In this document: piece after piece, positions 32,487 to 47,500 of the stretch
Layout: each line of letters opens with the position of its first letter
Position numbering within the stretch: position 1 is the first letter of the stretch
Source of the DNA: Priapulus caudatus
Taxonomy: Eukaryota
Length of the DNA: 64,000 bases
NCBI RefSeq assembly: GCF_000485595.1
Contig: NW_014577084.1
Span: forward strand, 493,149 to 557,148
Reading direction: 5' to 3'
The notes under the pieces: generated by a model
Databases searched by the model: none
What the model was told of the DNA's origin: nothing
Seen by the model: the letters and a program-made list of their open reading frames with translations, nothing else
Program-made: the position numbers and the translations under genes

Positions 32487-33455
32487 AGCCGCACTATGTG
32501 CATCCAAACGCTAATTTCTCCAGTACTAGACTAGCAAATACTTCGTGTCATGCATAATCACACTACCTTATGGCAAAATAAACTCTAGTTCCTCCCATTT
32601 CACTGCGCGTTTGCTTAAAGCGATTATTGCGAGAATTTTCTAGTGTTTTCCCCACTTTCATGATACCTACCGTTATTGCTTGAGTAACAGCAATTGTCTA
32701 GAGTAACAATAAAATGTCTTAGAACCTTCGAACCATCGAAAACTGCCAGTTTCAAACTTATCGTTTTTGTAAACATTCGTTTTCTGTCATCTTGAACTAA
32801 CAGGAAGTATGCATTAGCTTGTGGTGCCACCACTTATCTGCCATACCCACAGTGAAGGCACGCACTTGTTTTCAATTCATCACCGACACAAATACAAGAT
32901 TACCAATTCTGCCATTAGGGCATTGTCGCGACACAATAAAATGCATTGCGGTTACGATGTGTTCATATCCAATTTTTTATGCTATAACTCCATAAAATCT
33001 TAGTATTTATAAGGTTGGTGTAATCAGTGATATTTTTGCTGTCAGTTGAGACTATATTCAGCTATATTTAGTTTTTCTGAGCAAAAATCTCGCAATAGTC
33101 ATTTTAAAACCCACAAGAAAGAGGTGCGAAATCTGTAATCTGGCACCAACGCTAAATTATTTGCCAAACAATTTCGCCAAGAATCAGTTAGGTGACGTCA
33201 CGTTTTTATTTTTGCTACAACCGTACCGCAGCACCGCTGTGCGGTTGCTTGGCAGAACAACGCGAAAATGTCAACAACATCGGAGAATTTGAACAACATT
33301 GGAGGTATTTTCAAATGCCTTTTATAAGACAATGCGCAGTGAAATGGGAGGAACTAAAGTTTATTTTGTCATAAGGTAGTGTGATTATGCATGACACGAA
33401 GTATTTGCTAGTCTAGTACTGGAGAAATTAGCGTTTGGATGCGCATAGTGCGGCT
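32487..33455. mobile_element. Kolobok-like MITE with ~125-bp TIRs and TTAA TSD
   Basis: TTAA|AGCCGCACTATG...CATAGTGCGGCT|TTAA; near-perfect long inverted termini. Confidence 0.88.
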
Positions 33456-33967
33456 TTAAGCCCTATTTCGAACAATTTCCAACCAGTCGTTTTCCCAATT
33501 TTTCGACACTTGCTGTTATTGCATGAGCAATAGCAACTGTCTAGAGTAATGATAAAATGTCTTAGAACTTTCGTATTTAGCTATGTTCTCCAAAACATGC
33601 ACGATTTGAATTTTGATTACTAGTTTTGATTACCGCCCCCATTTCTTGCGAATCTTGGACTATCTCTTGATAGCACCAGCTATCAGCCAATTTCAAAATA
33701 GAATCAGATGACCTTTTGTTTGAATTAGGTGCAGAATGGGTGCACTTGTAACTTGTTGGCGCACTAAGACACCATCTGCAAATCTATTGTCGCTATAATA
33801 AAATATGCCATGGTGTTACGGCATGTTCAATTCCAATTTTTTATGCTATAATAGCATAAATTCCTAGTGTTTTTCAAGATGGTGCAATCAGTAATATATC
33901 TATATGCTATGAGGTTAAGACTATATTTAGCAAAAAAAATAAATTCTGACTGATCGTTTTGGAGCAG

Positions 33968-34670
33968 TATGGTGGCCCAGTGTTATAATAGTTTATCACA
34001 AGTCTTCGACGTGGCCCACCGTTATAATACATAAACATAACCATATACTGCCGAGTAGGATGGCCCAGTGTTATAATAAGTCTTCGATAAGTCTCTAATA
34101 AGTCTTAAGATAAGTCTTTAATAAGTCTCACAAGTCTTCGATGTGTACATGGTCTATTGTATATGGTCTATGGACATGTGTATGGTATATGGTTATGTTT
34201 ATGTATTATACAGGGTTCATAGTAGTAAGACACATGTTGAAATAAGGACTTATAAGACCCTTTCTGGAGGCCAAAATAAGACTTTTTTACGCGATTTCTG
34301 ATAGATCACCGACTATTAAAGTACACTAATATTTATATACACAATTGCACAGCAGATTTAATTATTCCGAATTATATATACCACAATACTGCAAAAAATA
34401 AGGACTATTAAGTACTTTTCTAATATTTCACCAAAAATAAGTACTAATAAGGGCCCTTATTTTATTTTTGGCAAAATAAGTACTTATAAGACTTTGGAAG
34501 ACCCGCTACGAACCCTGTTATAACAGTGGGCCACGTCGAAGACTTGTGATGAACTAAATTATAACACTGGGCCACCATACTACTCAGCGGTATATGGTTA
34601 TGTTTATGTATTATAACAGTGGGCAACGTCGAACACTTGTGATAAACTATTATAACACTGGGCCACCATA
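33968..34670. mobile_element. Foldback-like element with repetitive TIRs and 7-bp TSD
   Basis: TATGGTGGCCCAGTGTTATAATAG...CTATTATAACACTGGGCCACCATA; TSD GGAGCAG. Confidence 0.8.
34211..34517. mobile_element. hAT-like MITE nested in the foldback element, 5-bp TSD
   Basis: TIR CAGGGTTC/GAACCCTG; TSD TTATA; empty-site paralogue at ~34601-34624. Confidence 0.8.
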
Positions 34671-34790
34671 GGAGCAGTGATTTCGAAATAGGCTTTAAAC
34701 CTTTGAAAGAAGTTCTCAGCCTCAAGGAAAAAAACATTATAAGAAAATGCCAAGTCTCCGATAGATACTTAGTTGTACCTTCCTTGCATT

Positions 34791-36460
<1,670 letters not shown>

Positions 36461-37026
36461 TTACCATCCACTGAAAGAACCAAAAAACAAGTATATATTC
36501 TATATTGTCTAACAGTAACACCAGATGTCAACTCAAATATATAAAGTCCTTCTACTCTTACCAAGCACTGAGTAAAGGTCTGTTACAGATGCCAAGTTTA
36601 TTATAGAAACTTACTTAAATGGTTACGGTACCCTCACAAAATATGTAAAACTTTGTAAATGGAGAGCAAAAAGGTTAACAAAATAATATGATTAGCTTGC
36701 AGTAATCTTCATTAGGTATCCCAATTTTAACTAGGTTCCAAGTCGAGACCAAGTCCAAGGAACAACCGAAGTTGCGTGCAATTGCTGCAGGAGTTTGGCT
36801 AGCCCGACCAGGCTGTGCGACCGATTGTCTACACAGCCTGACACCCTTCCATACAAAAAATCTATCACCTCTGGCAATCTAGATGAATAACTCTGTATAT
36901 CTCAAATAAAACTATTCTATTACCACCTTTGACTTGCCTTGTTTGAAATAAGAACGTTAACTAATTTATCCTGCATCTAAACTAGAATGTATCTCTTAAT
37001 TCATAATATAATCTACTAATTCTCAC

Positions 37027-37131
37027 AGCACACCAACTTTCCAAGCAGCTTTCCACGATTGTTTACCCGCCATGTTTACACTGCGCATGCTCAATGGAAG
37101 AGAGACACGGAAAACCCGAAACGGAAAAGAC
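37027..37131 (-). promoter_or_regulatory. RPS27A TSS and first exon: polypyrimidine (TCT/5'TOP) initiator with YY1-like and NRF1-like motifs
   Basis: CTTTTCC and TCTCTCTTCC tracts, GCGCATGC, AACATGGCGG; candidate donors at 37066 and 37026. Confidence 0.65.
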
Positions 37132-38522
37132 TCGCTAGAAAATACGGCCAAATCCCATTTGACACCACCAGGTTTAAAAACCAATTTTCCCCTCCGATAG
37201 ATGGCACCACTACGCTATATACTGTGGAGTGTTACTCAGCGACTGTGTATATATAAATTATATATCCCGCATATATATATATATATACATATATACATCT
37301 ATATCAGCCGTAGATAATAGGGAAGGAGTGTGACTTCAATAAACAAGGGAAATTCGTCATTTACTAGCCTTAGAATACCTACGATTTACTACGCTTAACT
37401 CAACCAACTTGAGCTCAAATCGGACACAGTACATTCGCCTAGCGTCCAGCGAAATCGCTTCCTCGTATACACCCGCAATCCGGAGATACAGACTAAAACG
37501 TACGACACGATTATCCATTCTGTTGCCAGCAAACCGAATGTATAAACTGTATAAACCGCCTAACTTGAAACAAAAGGCAGCTACTAGCGAGCCACACCGC
37601 ATCGCCGAGGGAGCAAGAGTGCGCAAGAGTCGTAGGCTAACTTCGTCATGATGACAGCAGGCAACCCATGATACATTCGATCTTGGAGCCGAAGTTAGCC
37701 GAACGATATGCGCATTGGGAATCTGTACGTCACAGGTGAACAGAAATGGCGCTCGAAATATCGCCGGTCGTCACTTCGAAATTTTGTAACAGGTTATAAT
37801 AGTTTGATACATAGTATTAGTAAGTCCCAGGATAGCGGAGAAAGGTTCGTATTTAGAATAAATCCAGTTTGGAAGTTGTACTTGTAGTCTCGAGAAACGC
37901 ACCATAAAACAGCCCTGAGTGAATCACTCAGGGGCTCCTCCAAAGAAAAGAATAGGCTCGCGTTGTAACCCTACTCAGTCTTGTTGGGTTACATATTTGT
38001 ATCTAGAGTTTGGCTAAACCGACCATGCTCTCCGACTGTTACACGTGACGTCGTAGGACGTAAAGTTGTAGTGTTAAGCGAGAAGGGAACTTGGCTAGAC
38101 CAAGTGTTGGCTAGACCAAAAGCATGTATAATTCCCAGTTTGCGAAATAGCAACGTAAAAGTGGCAAAGCGAAGTTACTACGCGCATTTCATGAAATTCT
38201 CCGATGCTATAGTACTTTATTACGATGATATTTACACATTTTTAGAAGCAATGTTCAACACGGTTTCACTTACCCGATCGCTGCCATTAAAAAGGCAGAT
38301 TTTAGTCACGTGTTTTTGATGCTCACTTGTTAAGAAAATTAATGGGTTTGATGCGCTTAGCATAGCAAAACAAATATTTTAATATAAAATAATAGTCCTC
38401 GTGGATTATAATATTATATGATACTATTATATATTATTTGTTAGAGTTTATAAATAAATGTATATTATTATTTGATTATATTTTGCCCTCTATTAGTGGT
38501 AAACGGTACTATTCTCCCAAAC

Positions 38523-41500
38523 ATGTCTGGAAAGGTTAATAAAACTCTTCAGAAGTTGGAACTTGATATAGAGAAAAATAGATGTATCTCAGACTGGAGA
38601 AAAGTCTTAGATCTGATTGCTCAATTAAATGACTCAGTGCCGCAGTCTCCCGGAACAGGTATGTATTAATGTACGCGTCTCTGCATTGGAGATGGTTGTT
38701 GACGTTACTTTTCAGTTTTGGGTTGGTGCCTTACGAGTAGCCTTCGTCAACTTGTTGTGCCCAAACGTTTGGAATCTTGCACGAACTTTGGAAGTTTCAG
38801 CGCATACACGCAGCTTTGGGCAACCAATCTTGAGATGGGCAAACAGAGGTAAACAGAGCCTTGTGCAAAACATTATGATTATTAGGAATTTGCAAATGTT
38901 ATATCATAACTATTAAGGTCGTATTACCTCTCTTCATCAATGTGTTTGGGCACCTCTGTGATAAATTGTAAATGATTATAGATTAAATAATTGGATAAGA
39001 TTTAATATGAGATAATCTCTTCCTAGTTTGCACCACGCACACCACACACACTCGCTATGAGCGGTTGTTGAATCACCAACTGTTTTCAGTTTGCCCAACT
39101 CTTGAGATTGGTCAGCCAAACTAGGGAATCCACAGTTTGGGCAGCAACAATCGCTGCACAATCTCGAGATTGTGCAGATTCCAAGTTTGGTACAACAGCT
39201 TACATAGCTTTTCTGTAGCTATAATATGACATTATGTAAGATACATATGATACATAAGATAAATATTTTAAGCTATTCTTATTTGTATTTGTTTGCTTTG
39301 CATTAGTTGAATAAAATTACCCAGGTCTGCGTGAAACAAAAACAAAGTCCAAGATTACACATGCGCACGCACACACGCACACGCAACACGCACACACAGT
39401 GACACACTCACACGCACACACACTCGCACACACAGTGAAACACTCACACGCACACCGACACTCACACGCGCGCACACGCACGCACGCACACGCCACAACC
39501 ACACAGTGACACACTCACACGCACCCCGCGCACACAGTGACACACTAACACGCACACGCGCACAGCGCGCACACACAAGGACACACAAACACGCAGGCGT
39601 GCACACGCCAACACAAGGACACGCAGTCGCGCAACGACGCACGCACGCACGACGCACAGGCAGTGACACACTCGGGCGCACACACAAACACGCACCGCAC
39701 ATGCACCACCACGCACACGCCACACGGTACACAGTGACACACTCACACGGTCACACACAAACACGCACTCGCACACACATGCACACGCACACGTATACAC
39801 AGTGACACACTCACACGCACACGCACACACAAGGACGCACGCGCGCACACGCACGTACACGCACACACAGTGACACACTCACACGCACACATGCACGCGC
39901 GCACGCACACACACGCAGTTATAAAATAGTAGTTACCTGTCACGAAATGATCAGAACAAATAGTGGAGAATTTTGACGGACTTCAGTGCATACCATTTAC
40001 ATTTACTCATTTACATTTATGTGGCAGTCAGCCACTTATGACTTATCATGCCTCTCTGGACTCTTATGTAATTTTGGCAGCTCAACATTTGTTTTTTTTT
40101 CATTGTGCAATATATATGATTGTGACAACCTACTACTACACAATTTTTTGGCATATATGCAAGGAAATTAGTATGCTTTTGGTTTGGAAATGGGGTATTG
40201 CGTGTGTAAGCTCATGGAGACAGGCTGTTGTTTTCACCGGCACAGCTGGTTACTAGGTTAAGAAAGTCCCGGATGTGGCAAAGTTCCCGGCTGTCCGCCC
40301 GCACCTATAGTATAGTCTAGATAATAGAGGGCAAACTGCATGCAGCGCCCCCCTTCGCACATTCAGGATACCACTGCCACAATGCTAGTACTATTTTTCA
40401 AATGGGCGGAGCTCCGGGGAAATCCAGCAAATGGCAATCCAACGGCCGCGAAGTCGCTACCGAACAAAACATTCGAAATTTCTATGATTTGCATGTTTGT
40501 TGGTGGACAAATTTAGATGTTTTAAGCTGAATACGTAAAAATACATCGAAGACAATGTTCTAGAATTAGGTATATTGGCAAGCATCTGAAAAATTCATGA
40601 TAAATATTAAATAAACACGTGAACTTAGTTTAGTAAACAGCGTAATGATTTGAAAGTAGTGAATGGGCGCACTATTTCGTATCACTATTTTATCAAATTT
40701 CTCATAAAATAATGGTCGGATTTTTAATATCTTTGCAACTTTTATTAGTACAAATCTTATTACATAGGATACGAGTAACCTGGCTGCTGTAAAACTTGTG
40801 GTAAAAAAGCGTTACAAATTGTAACCGAAAATCTACTTGTGGCAGTGGTAGATTGAGCCAATGAGCGAGAGCGCCATCTGTCGTGGAGTTTGAATAGAGG
40901 GTTCTGCGAATTTTAAAATTACCCACAATGCAACGCTGCCGGCCATGACGGTTCCAGAAACCAGTTCAGGCATGCAGAGATGTCAAGTTTGAGAAATGGT
41001 TGAGAGTGAGTCTCAGCGTTTGACGTAGCGACACCGGCCGATGGAGCGCAGCGACCTAGGGGGGGGGGGCAGGGTGTGGGAGGGGGTCTCCCCTTCCCAC
41101 GGTATGGAGCTTTTCGAAATTTTAGGTTTGAAATGGTGCAATTTAGTGCATACCTATGCCTATGGTATGATTTATTGCCTTTATAAATATAAGTTCTTAC
41201 TCATTCACTTCAACGTCAACAGAAAAAAATCACACTCAAGTCAAGCTCCCAGTCGAGTCCCAGTGCAACATTTTCATATCTACTGTAGATCTAGATCTAC
41301 TAGGTTAGATCTAAACCTAGATAAACTTTAGAACTAGTACTAGAAACTAGTCTAGTAAAAGTGAAAGCTGAGAATTGAAAAGTAAACAAAATACCTAAGT
41401 AACCTGCAAAGCCATCATCCACTGATCCAGGCGGGATATTGGATTCCAAATTTCCAAGAAGGCAAATAAAATGCGCGCCGTCTTTTTGAACACTTTCCAC

Positions 41501-44500
41501 AACTTTACAGTGTGTATTTTGGCATTTATTCCTCAAAGTGCTAGCACTACTTGCGTTTCGTTTTGAAATGCTGTTGTGTACATGCGTGATGTCACCCGAA
41601 ATGTAATAGGCTGCATTATAGCTGCCCATGTGTTTTGTCAACATTTCGGGTGACGTCACGCATGTACACAACAGCAATTCAAAACGAAACGCATGTAGTG
41701 CTAGCACTTTGAGGAATAAATGCATAAATACATGGTGTAAAGTTGTGGAAAGTGTTGAAAAAGATAGGTGAGATGTCCATGTAGATAAATAAGTGTTAAA
41801 AAGCCCGATCATTTTGTGTTTTGTTAGCCATTTTTTGTGGAAGCAGTGGGGAGCAGGTGCAGTTAGGAAAACTGGCATAGAATGTTCTATAGCCCTGCGG
41901 CAACTGTACGCGGGCTATAGTCCTAGAGCTACAACTTTGCCATCCAGTGGCAGTGATCCACTGCCACTGGCACTGCTACTGAAGAGAACTAGTAAAAAAA
42001 ATTCTGTAAATGCTCTTCTCTTCTACATTTGGTGGTTCTACCTTTGTAAACCTTTGTTCTCTACATCTGCACTCGGTCACAATCTGTCAACAAAGTAGCT
42101 GAAATTGAAAAGGTCGATCTGCTGCAAAATTTGGGGGAAATCTGACAAGTGCAATAATACCCAGGCAAAAGTAGGATAGCCAGCCAGCCAGCTTCACTAA
42201 AACGAAATGTAGGACTGTGGAGAATTACTCAATTATGGGCATAGCCATCAATCCTTCCTTCCTGCCCTTTAGGCGCGTAGGGCAGTGCCTATCTCCGTTT
42301 CCGTAACCCTGAGGCCCCGCACTGCTTTCACAGTAAAAGCTACAGTAGGGGGTTAGTCCACTGGTAGATCCATCAAAGCCATCGAGCCAGTTAACAATAT
42401 TAAAGAGTTGGGAATTGACGTTTCTGATGACTTGTGATGAAACATCCATATTGAAAAAACGGTAGCAAAGGCTAATAACATGTTAAACATTCTACATGGG
42501 ATTCTAACATTTTAAATCCTGTGCTCAAGGCCACAGCATACAGGACACTTTTTGGAGTACAGCCAAGACTATCTGGGTCTCGTACTGGACTCCCGGATCG
42601 GAGGGCCGGTGTTTTGCCAATGTTACTGGCCCTCCAAATAATTTGCCGGCATATGCCAGTGGGCCGGTGCTAATTTCGCGCCCTGTATATATATATATAT
42701 ATAATTAAGCCTAAATTATCCTGATGTGTGTATATACACAACATAACATAGTGTATGGCGTACAAAAATTGATCAGGAATGACGTAATTGACGTAATATG
42801 ATGATGTTGATACGTTCTTGCCAAGTTGCCAACCTATCCTTTGATGTATAGGCCTACTGACTGATGAAGCCATTTTTATTTATTGTATTATTGTATGTGA
42901 CAGAAAACTTGGCGAACTTTCTAACAGCTGAAGCCAGGCTAGAACAATATCTTAAAGAATATCCACCAGTAGAAGGCAATGTTGGAAGGGCAAAGACACA
43001 ACTGTCAGAACCTAGGAAACTCCTATTAGATGTGCTTAAAGGACAGGCCAAAGTAAGTGTGTTCATGGAGAAGAATATTTGTGTTTGGGTTGGTGTGAAC
43101 CAAATCTTTTATCATTGCCAAATTTTTGCATGAATTTTCAGTGGTAATGCTTAGTACCGCAATATGTATGATTTAAATAGTATTAGGGCATGAGACGTAT
43201 TGGTACAGTGAGGAACCAGTCAATATTGTCAAAAAAGTCATGCATATTAAAAAGAACCAATGTTTCTTTTCAATAAGCAGCTGTTACACAGTCACAAATT
43301 AGACTTCAATGATGTGATATGTAATGTAAGTAATATGTTCCTTATGATTTCTTCAATAGCCAAACATTTGGGTTGACTGCAACCTTCTGCTGGCAAAAGT
43401 AAGTTATGCGATGGGTCTGTATGAAGATGCACTGTCCTATTATGAGAAAATTGGCTTAGAAGACCTAACTGTTGAAGTTCTTCACCAAAGATTCCTGAAG
43501 CTTCTTGCAGAGGCATATGCAATTAAAGGTACCTTAAAAAAATATGGTAGAATTAGAGCATTGTATAAATAATGAGCATGATCTTATAAATTAATGACAT
43601 GGTTCTAATTGTAACTACATGAAAATTGCCTTTTACCCGCAAGTTATTAGTGAAGAATTAATGTGTGTCACGAAGCAAACAATAAAGTAATTATTAATTG
43701 CATAATTGAAAATATATCACTCCTATAAATTAACACTCACCTAGGCATGCAAATAATTGTATTGCATTGTCTTCTATCTATCAAAACATATCACCTTACT
43801 ACTCTGTGTATTGGGTGAATATTTTAACCATATGCACCTTCTATAACAGCACATCTATCTTTGATTATAAAGATACAATGAAGTACTTGACGCTTCAAAT
43901 GCTTCTCTTGCTCTCTAGCCTTCTCCCTAGAGAAAATCCCCGTTAAAACGACGAGTAAGTACAAGCGGGTCGAGCGGGCACATGGCATAGCCGCCTGTCT
44001 GGAGAAGTGTGGTGATCTGGCACTGCTGTATGTACAAGACACGGAGAGGCTATTTGGCTCCTCTGGCACGATTAATAGCAACCCTGCAGAAGCCAGCGAC
44101 AACATTGACGAGTTGTTGGGCAGTGCCATCCAGAGGGCGCCGCTGTTTCACATCAAACATGGGTATGCTGTGTTGATATCGTCTGTGGGGTGTGCTCAGT
44201 TTTTTTTTTACACATTTTAGACTTTGTACACATTTTTAGACATGTACGAGTACAGCCACGTATAGGTCATGATGTCGGATCGGTACATTACTTCTGAGTT
44301 AGTGGAAGTATTTAGTCTTTCATAATCACAGGAAGATTTCCAGCATCTCTTAGCTCATCTGATCTAATGTGTAAAATGGCATTAGTGTCAGTCTGTATAG
44401 GTCATAAAGCAACGCAATCCCAAACATCTACACCTATCATGCTGATATTCTGCATTTAAGGTTTTACCAGCACCATTTATAAATGTACTATATTTAATCA

Positions 44501-47500
44501 TTCACTCGTGTAAAAGAAGTTTGTGATAATTACATGTACTGTATATAGGGAGCTTTCGCGTGGTATTGGCCAGTACAGAAGAATTCTACGCTCGGTGGAG
44601 GCTAGATCAACGCAGAATTTACGCCAAGTTCTTGCAGTGCAACTTGCTGAGGTGAGAGAGAGGGGAAGGAAGGGGAGAGGTAGGCTGCATGAGAGAGTGA
44701 GTGAGGGAGAGGAAAGAGAGAGAGGGAGGGAGAGAGCAAGATAGTGAGAGAAGAGAGAGAGAGAGAGTGTGACACATCAAATGGAGTAAGAGAATTGTGT
44801 TTGTTGAATAACACTAACTTGTGTTTGTGTCTATATTTCGATTTGTGTTGAGCTTTTGAACCATAGTTGATATTGTAGACTAATATTGCATTTGCTATAA
44901 TGTTACATGTAGAATTGTATTGCAGGTGCTATTGAGAGGTGTATCAGAATGCAGCTACAATGAAATCATGGAGGAGGTAACATCTCACGAAAGGAGTAGG
45001 GGCCTAACTATCACACAAAAGGATGGCACTGAAGTGACCCTTAAACCACAGGAGTATAAAGGGCAAGGGTGAGATTTCCGTTTACCCATACCTCAGTTTA
45101 CTCATACTTTGAAAATAGAAAGACATAACCTCTTTGCTAATATAGAAAAAAACGTTCCTTTGTTTATACCATATGATGGGGCCAGGCTATTATAGACACA
45201 ATGGCTATTATAATGGATGAGTGCGTACCTATTCTGTCTTGCAAATAGTTGTTGCTACTACGTACGATGGGAGCTTCCATCTTTAATCTTAAGACACTTA
45301 AACGTACGCGCCATCTCGTGGCAACTTTCTTAACGACCCCAACGAACATTCCTTCGAGAAGGTTCCTGATACCATCTCTGTCTGTGCCTTCCACTGTTTC
45401 GGCGCATATGTGAACACATTTGGGACTAACAGGGTTTACTAGAATCCCACCACTCCACCACGGAGTCACCGCAGTAGACGTGAGATGAGCGCTGTCGCTC
45501 CGCGGCACTTGTTATGGTTAAATTGCTGCATTATACTTCTTATTTTACTATATTGTTTGATGTGAACATACACTCGTGACTCATACATAGCCCATAGCAA
45601 GCAATTAATGTTAGGAACACTAATATCAAATCGTCCAGGTTTTTTGGATTTTTAACTAGTTGAGAAGCAATCTTATCAGGTAAGAATTTGACGATACGTT
45701 TAGTCCCGTTAGTTCTTACTTGTAATGTAAAAAAATGGCAACAAAATTTTAACAAATTTTACCATAGAAAATTCGTGATGTAGTCAATTTAACCTGAAGA
45801 ATGGAACTAGTACTGTTTACCTATTTAATAGTCACCTAAATTGGCTCTTGGTACTAGTCGATGTTGATAAATAACTTTTGGGACAATCGCTTGTGGATGC
45901 TCTAAATAGTTATAATTTTTAAGGTTTGTGTTAAACTGAAAGGATCAGTTCTCTATTGAGACATGTGTAGTAAAGTCGTTGTAGTAATAGCACTAGTCTT
46001 GGCTACAGCAGTGGGCCCCCAGATAAGTAACGGCCTTCATGCAGAATTTCATTGAAGTTACTCTCTACTAGATCATGTCCACTTACTAATTTATTTAGTT
46101 CATCCACTGGAATTATATGTTATCTTATAAGACATGGTGTTACTGTAGTGTGCACACAAGCCACGTCTGCAAAAAATATTCATCTATGAATAGTTATTTG
46201 TTTAAAGTCCAACATAAATCCAATTCAGATTTTTTTAAATCAAATTGAAAATTGAAACAAGTCTAATTGCCAATTTTAGAATTTTCCAGCCAGACACAGG
46301 AGAAGAAGAAGCGTTGCTTTTGCTCCTGATAGCTGAAGTGATGGTAAGTGGCACATTTATACTACCATACTAATGATCAGTTTGTAGGCTTTGTGGAATG
46401 TTAACTAATATCAACATGTAGGTTTGATTTTCATTAAATATATACTTAACAGCTATTTATGTTTGATTCATTCATATTGATATTTTTTGGCTCTCGAGAG
46501 ATAAAGCCAATATGATGGCAATATTTTCTATCCACACATACATACGTATTTCAAATCCTAAAGGTACACTGACCAATGCTGACCAGCTATCCTTTGTCCA
46601 GGTCTTTTAGTTACACTTTATTTATATCACATATCTTTTATCCAGTTACATTCATAGAGCCACAATGACCTATGGCGCATGTAAATACTAATTATGTCAC
46701 GTATTCTTTATCCAGTTATGAGGTTTGTTGAGAGACATTGGCTGATGTTGCAGGCTAACAGGGAAGCTGTACTCACCCGTGCGCCGGACTATCAGAAGCA
46801 GCGGGTGCAGTCGCTGAAGAATTGTCAGGTCATCTACGACCTGCTGACTATGATTCTTGTCAGGCGTGCGCAGTACAGTATGCTGTGTGAGGTAAACACA
46901 ACCCTAACTATTCTCCACCACCGCACGTTGCCTTGAGGCTATATATCTATGCTTGACATTTATCGCATTCTTGAATAGACTTTGATGTAGCGTTGACCAT
47001 GATTGCCTAAAAGCACTAATGGTTTTCTTGCCGTGGTTTCTCCCCAAGAGGTCACTGCTTTTTTCTAGTAAAAAAGCCCATGCCATGATTACCTTGAAAG
47101 AAAACTTGCCTGCTGATTGTTGACATACGTAGAGATGATGAGGTACACGCGTGTTTGTTGTTTTTCAGACGTTTGAGCGAGCCATGAAGTTCTCGTTTGA
47201 AGATTTTCACATTTGGTTTCAGTTCGCACTGGCTCTCATTTGTTCAGGAAAGGTAATAACATTTCTATAATTGTTACATTGTGGTGTAGTGACATAGGGG
47301 AAAGATATAGTCGTTATACCTTTCGAAATTTGTTAAACCATTACACAGTTTGAAAAGATGCTCATACGCAATTATTGTCTAGTTATTTTGTCATTAAATT
47401 CAAGTCTAAATGTTCATGTCCACGTGCACGAACATTTGATATGTTATGTGTACACGAACAAAACCATGTTAGCCTACAAAGGAAGGTTTGTCATGACGTT

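Noticed and set aside
39317..39943. Cys/Val-rich ORFs on the minus strand
   Set aside because: Translations of a CA/TG-rich minisatellite.
41300..41878. 192-aa ORF
   Set aside because: Runs through an inverted-repeat element antisense to a TTC7 intron and has no recognisable motif.
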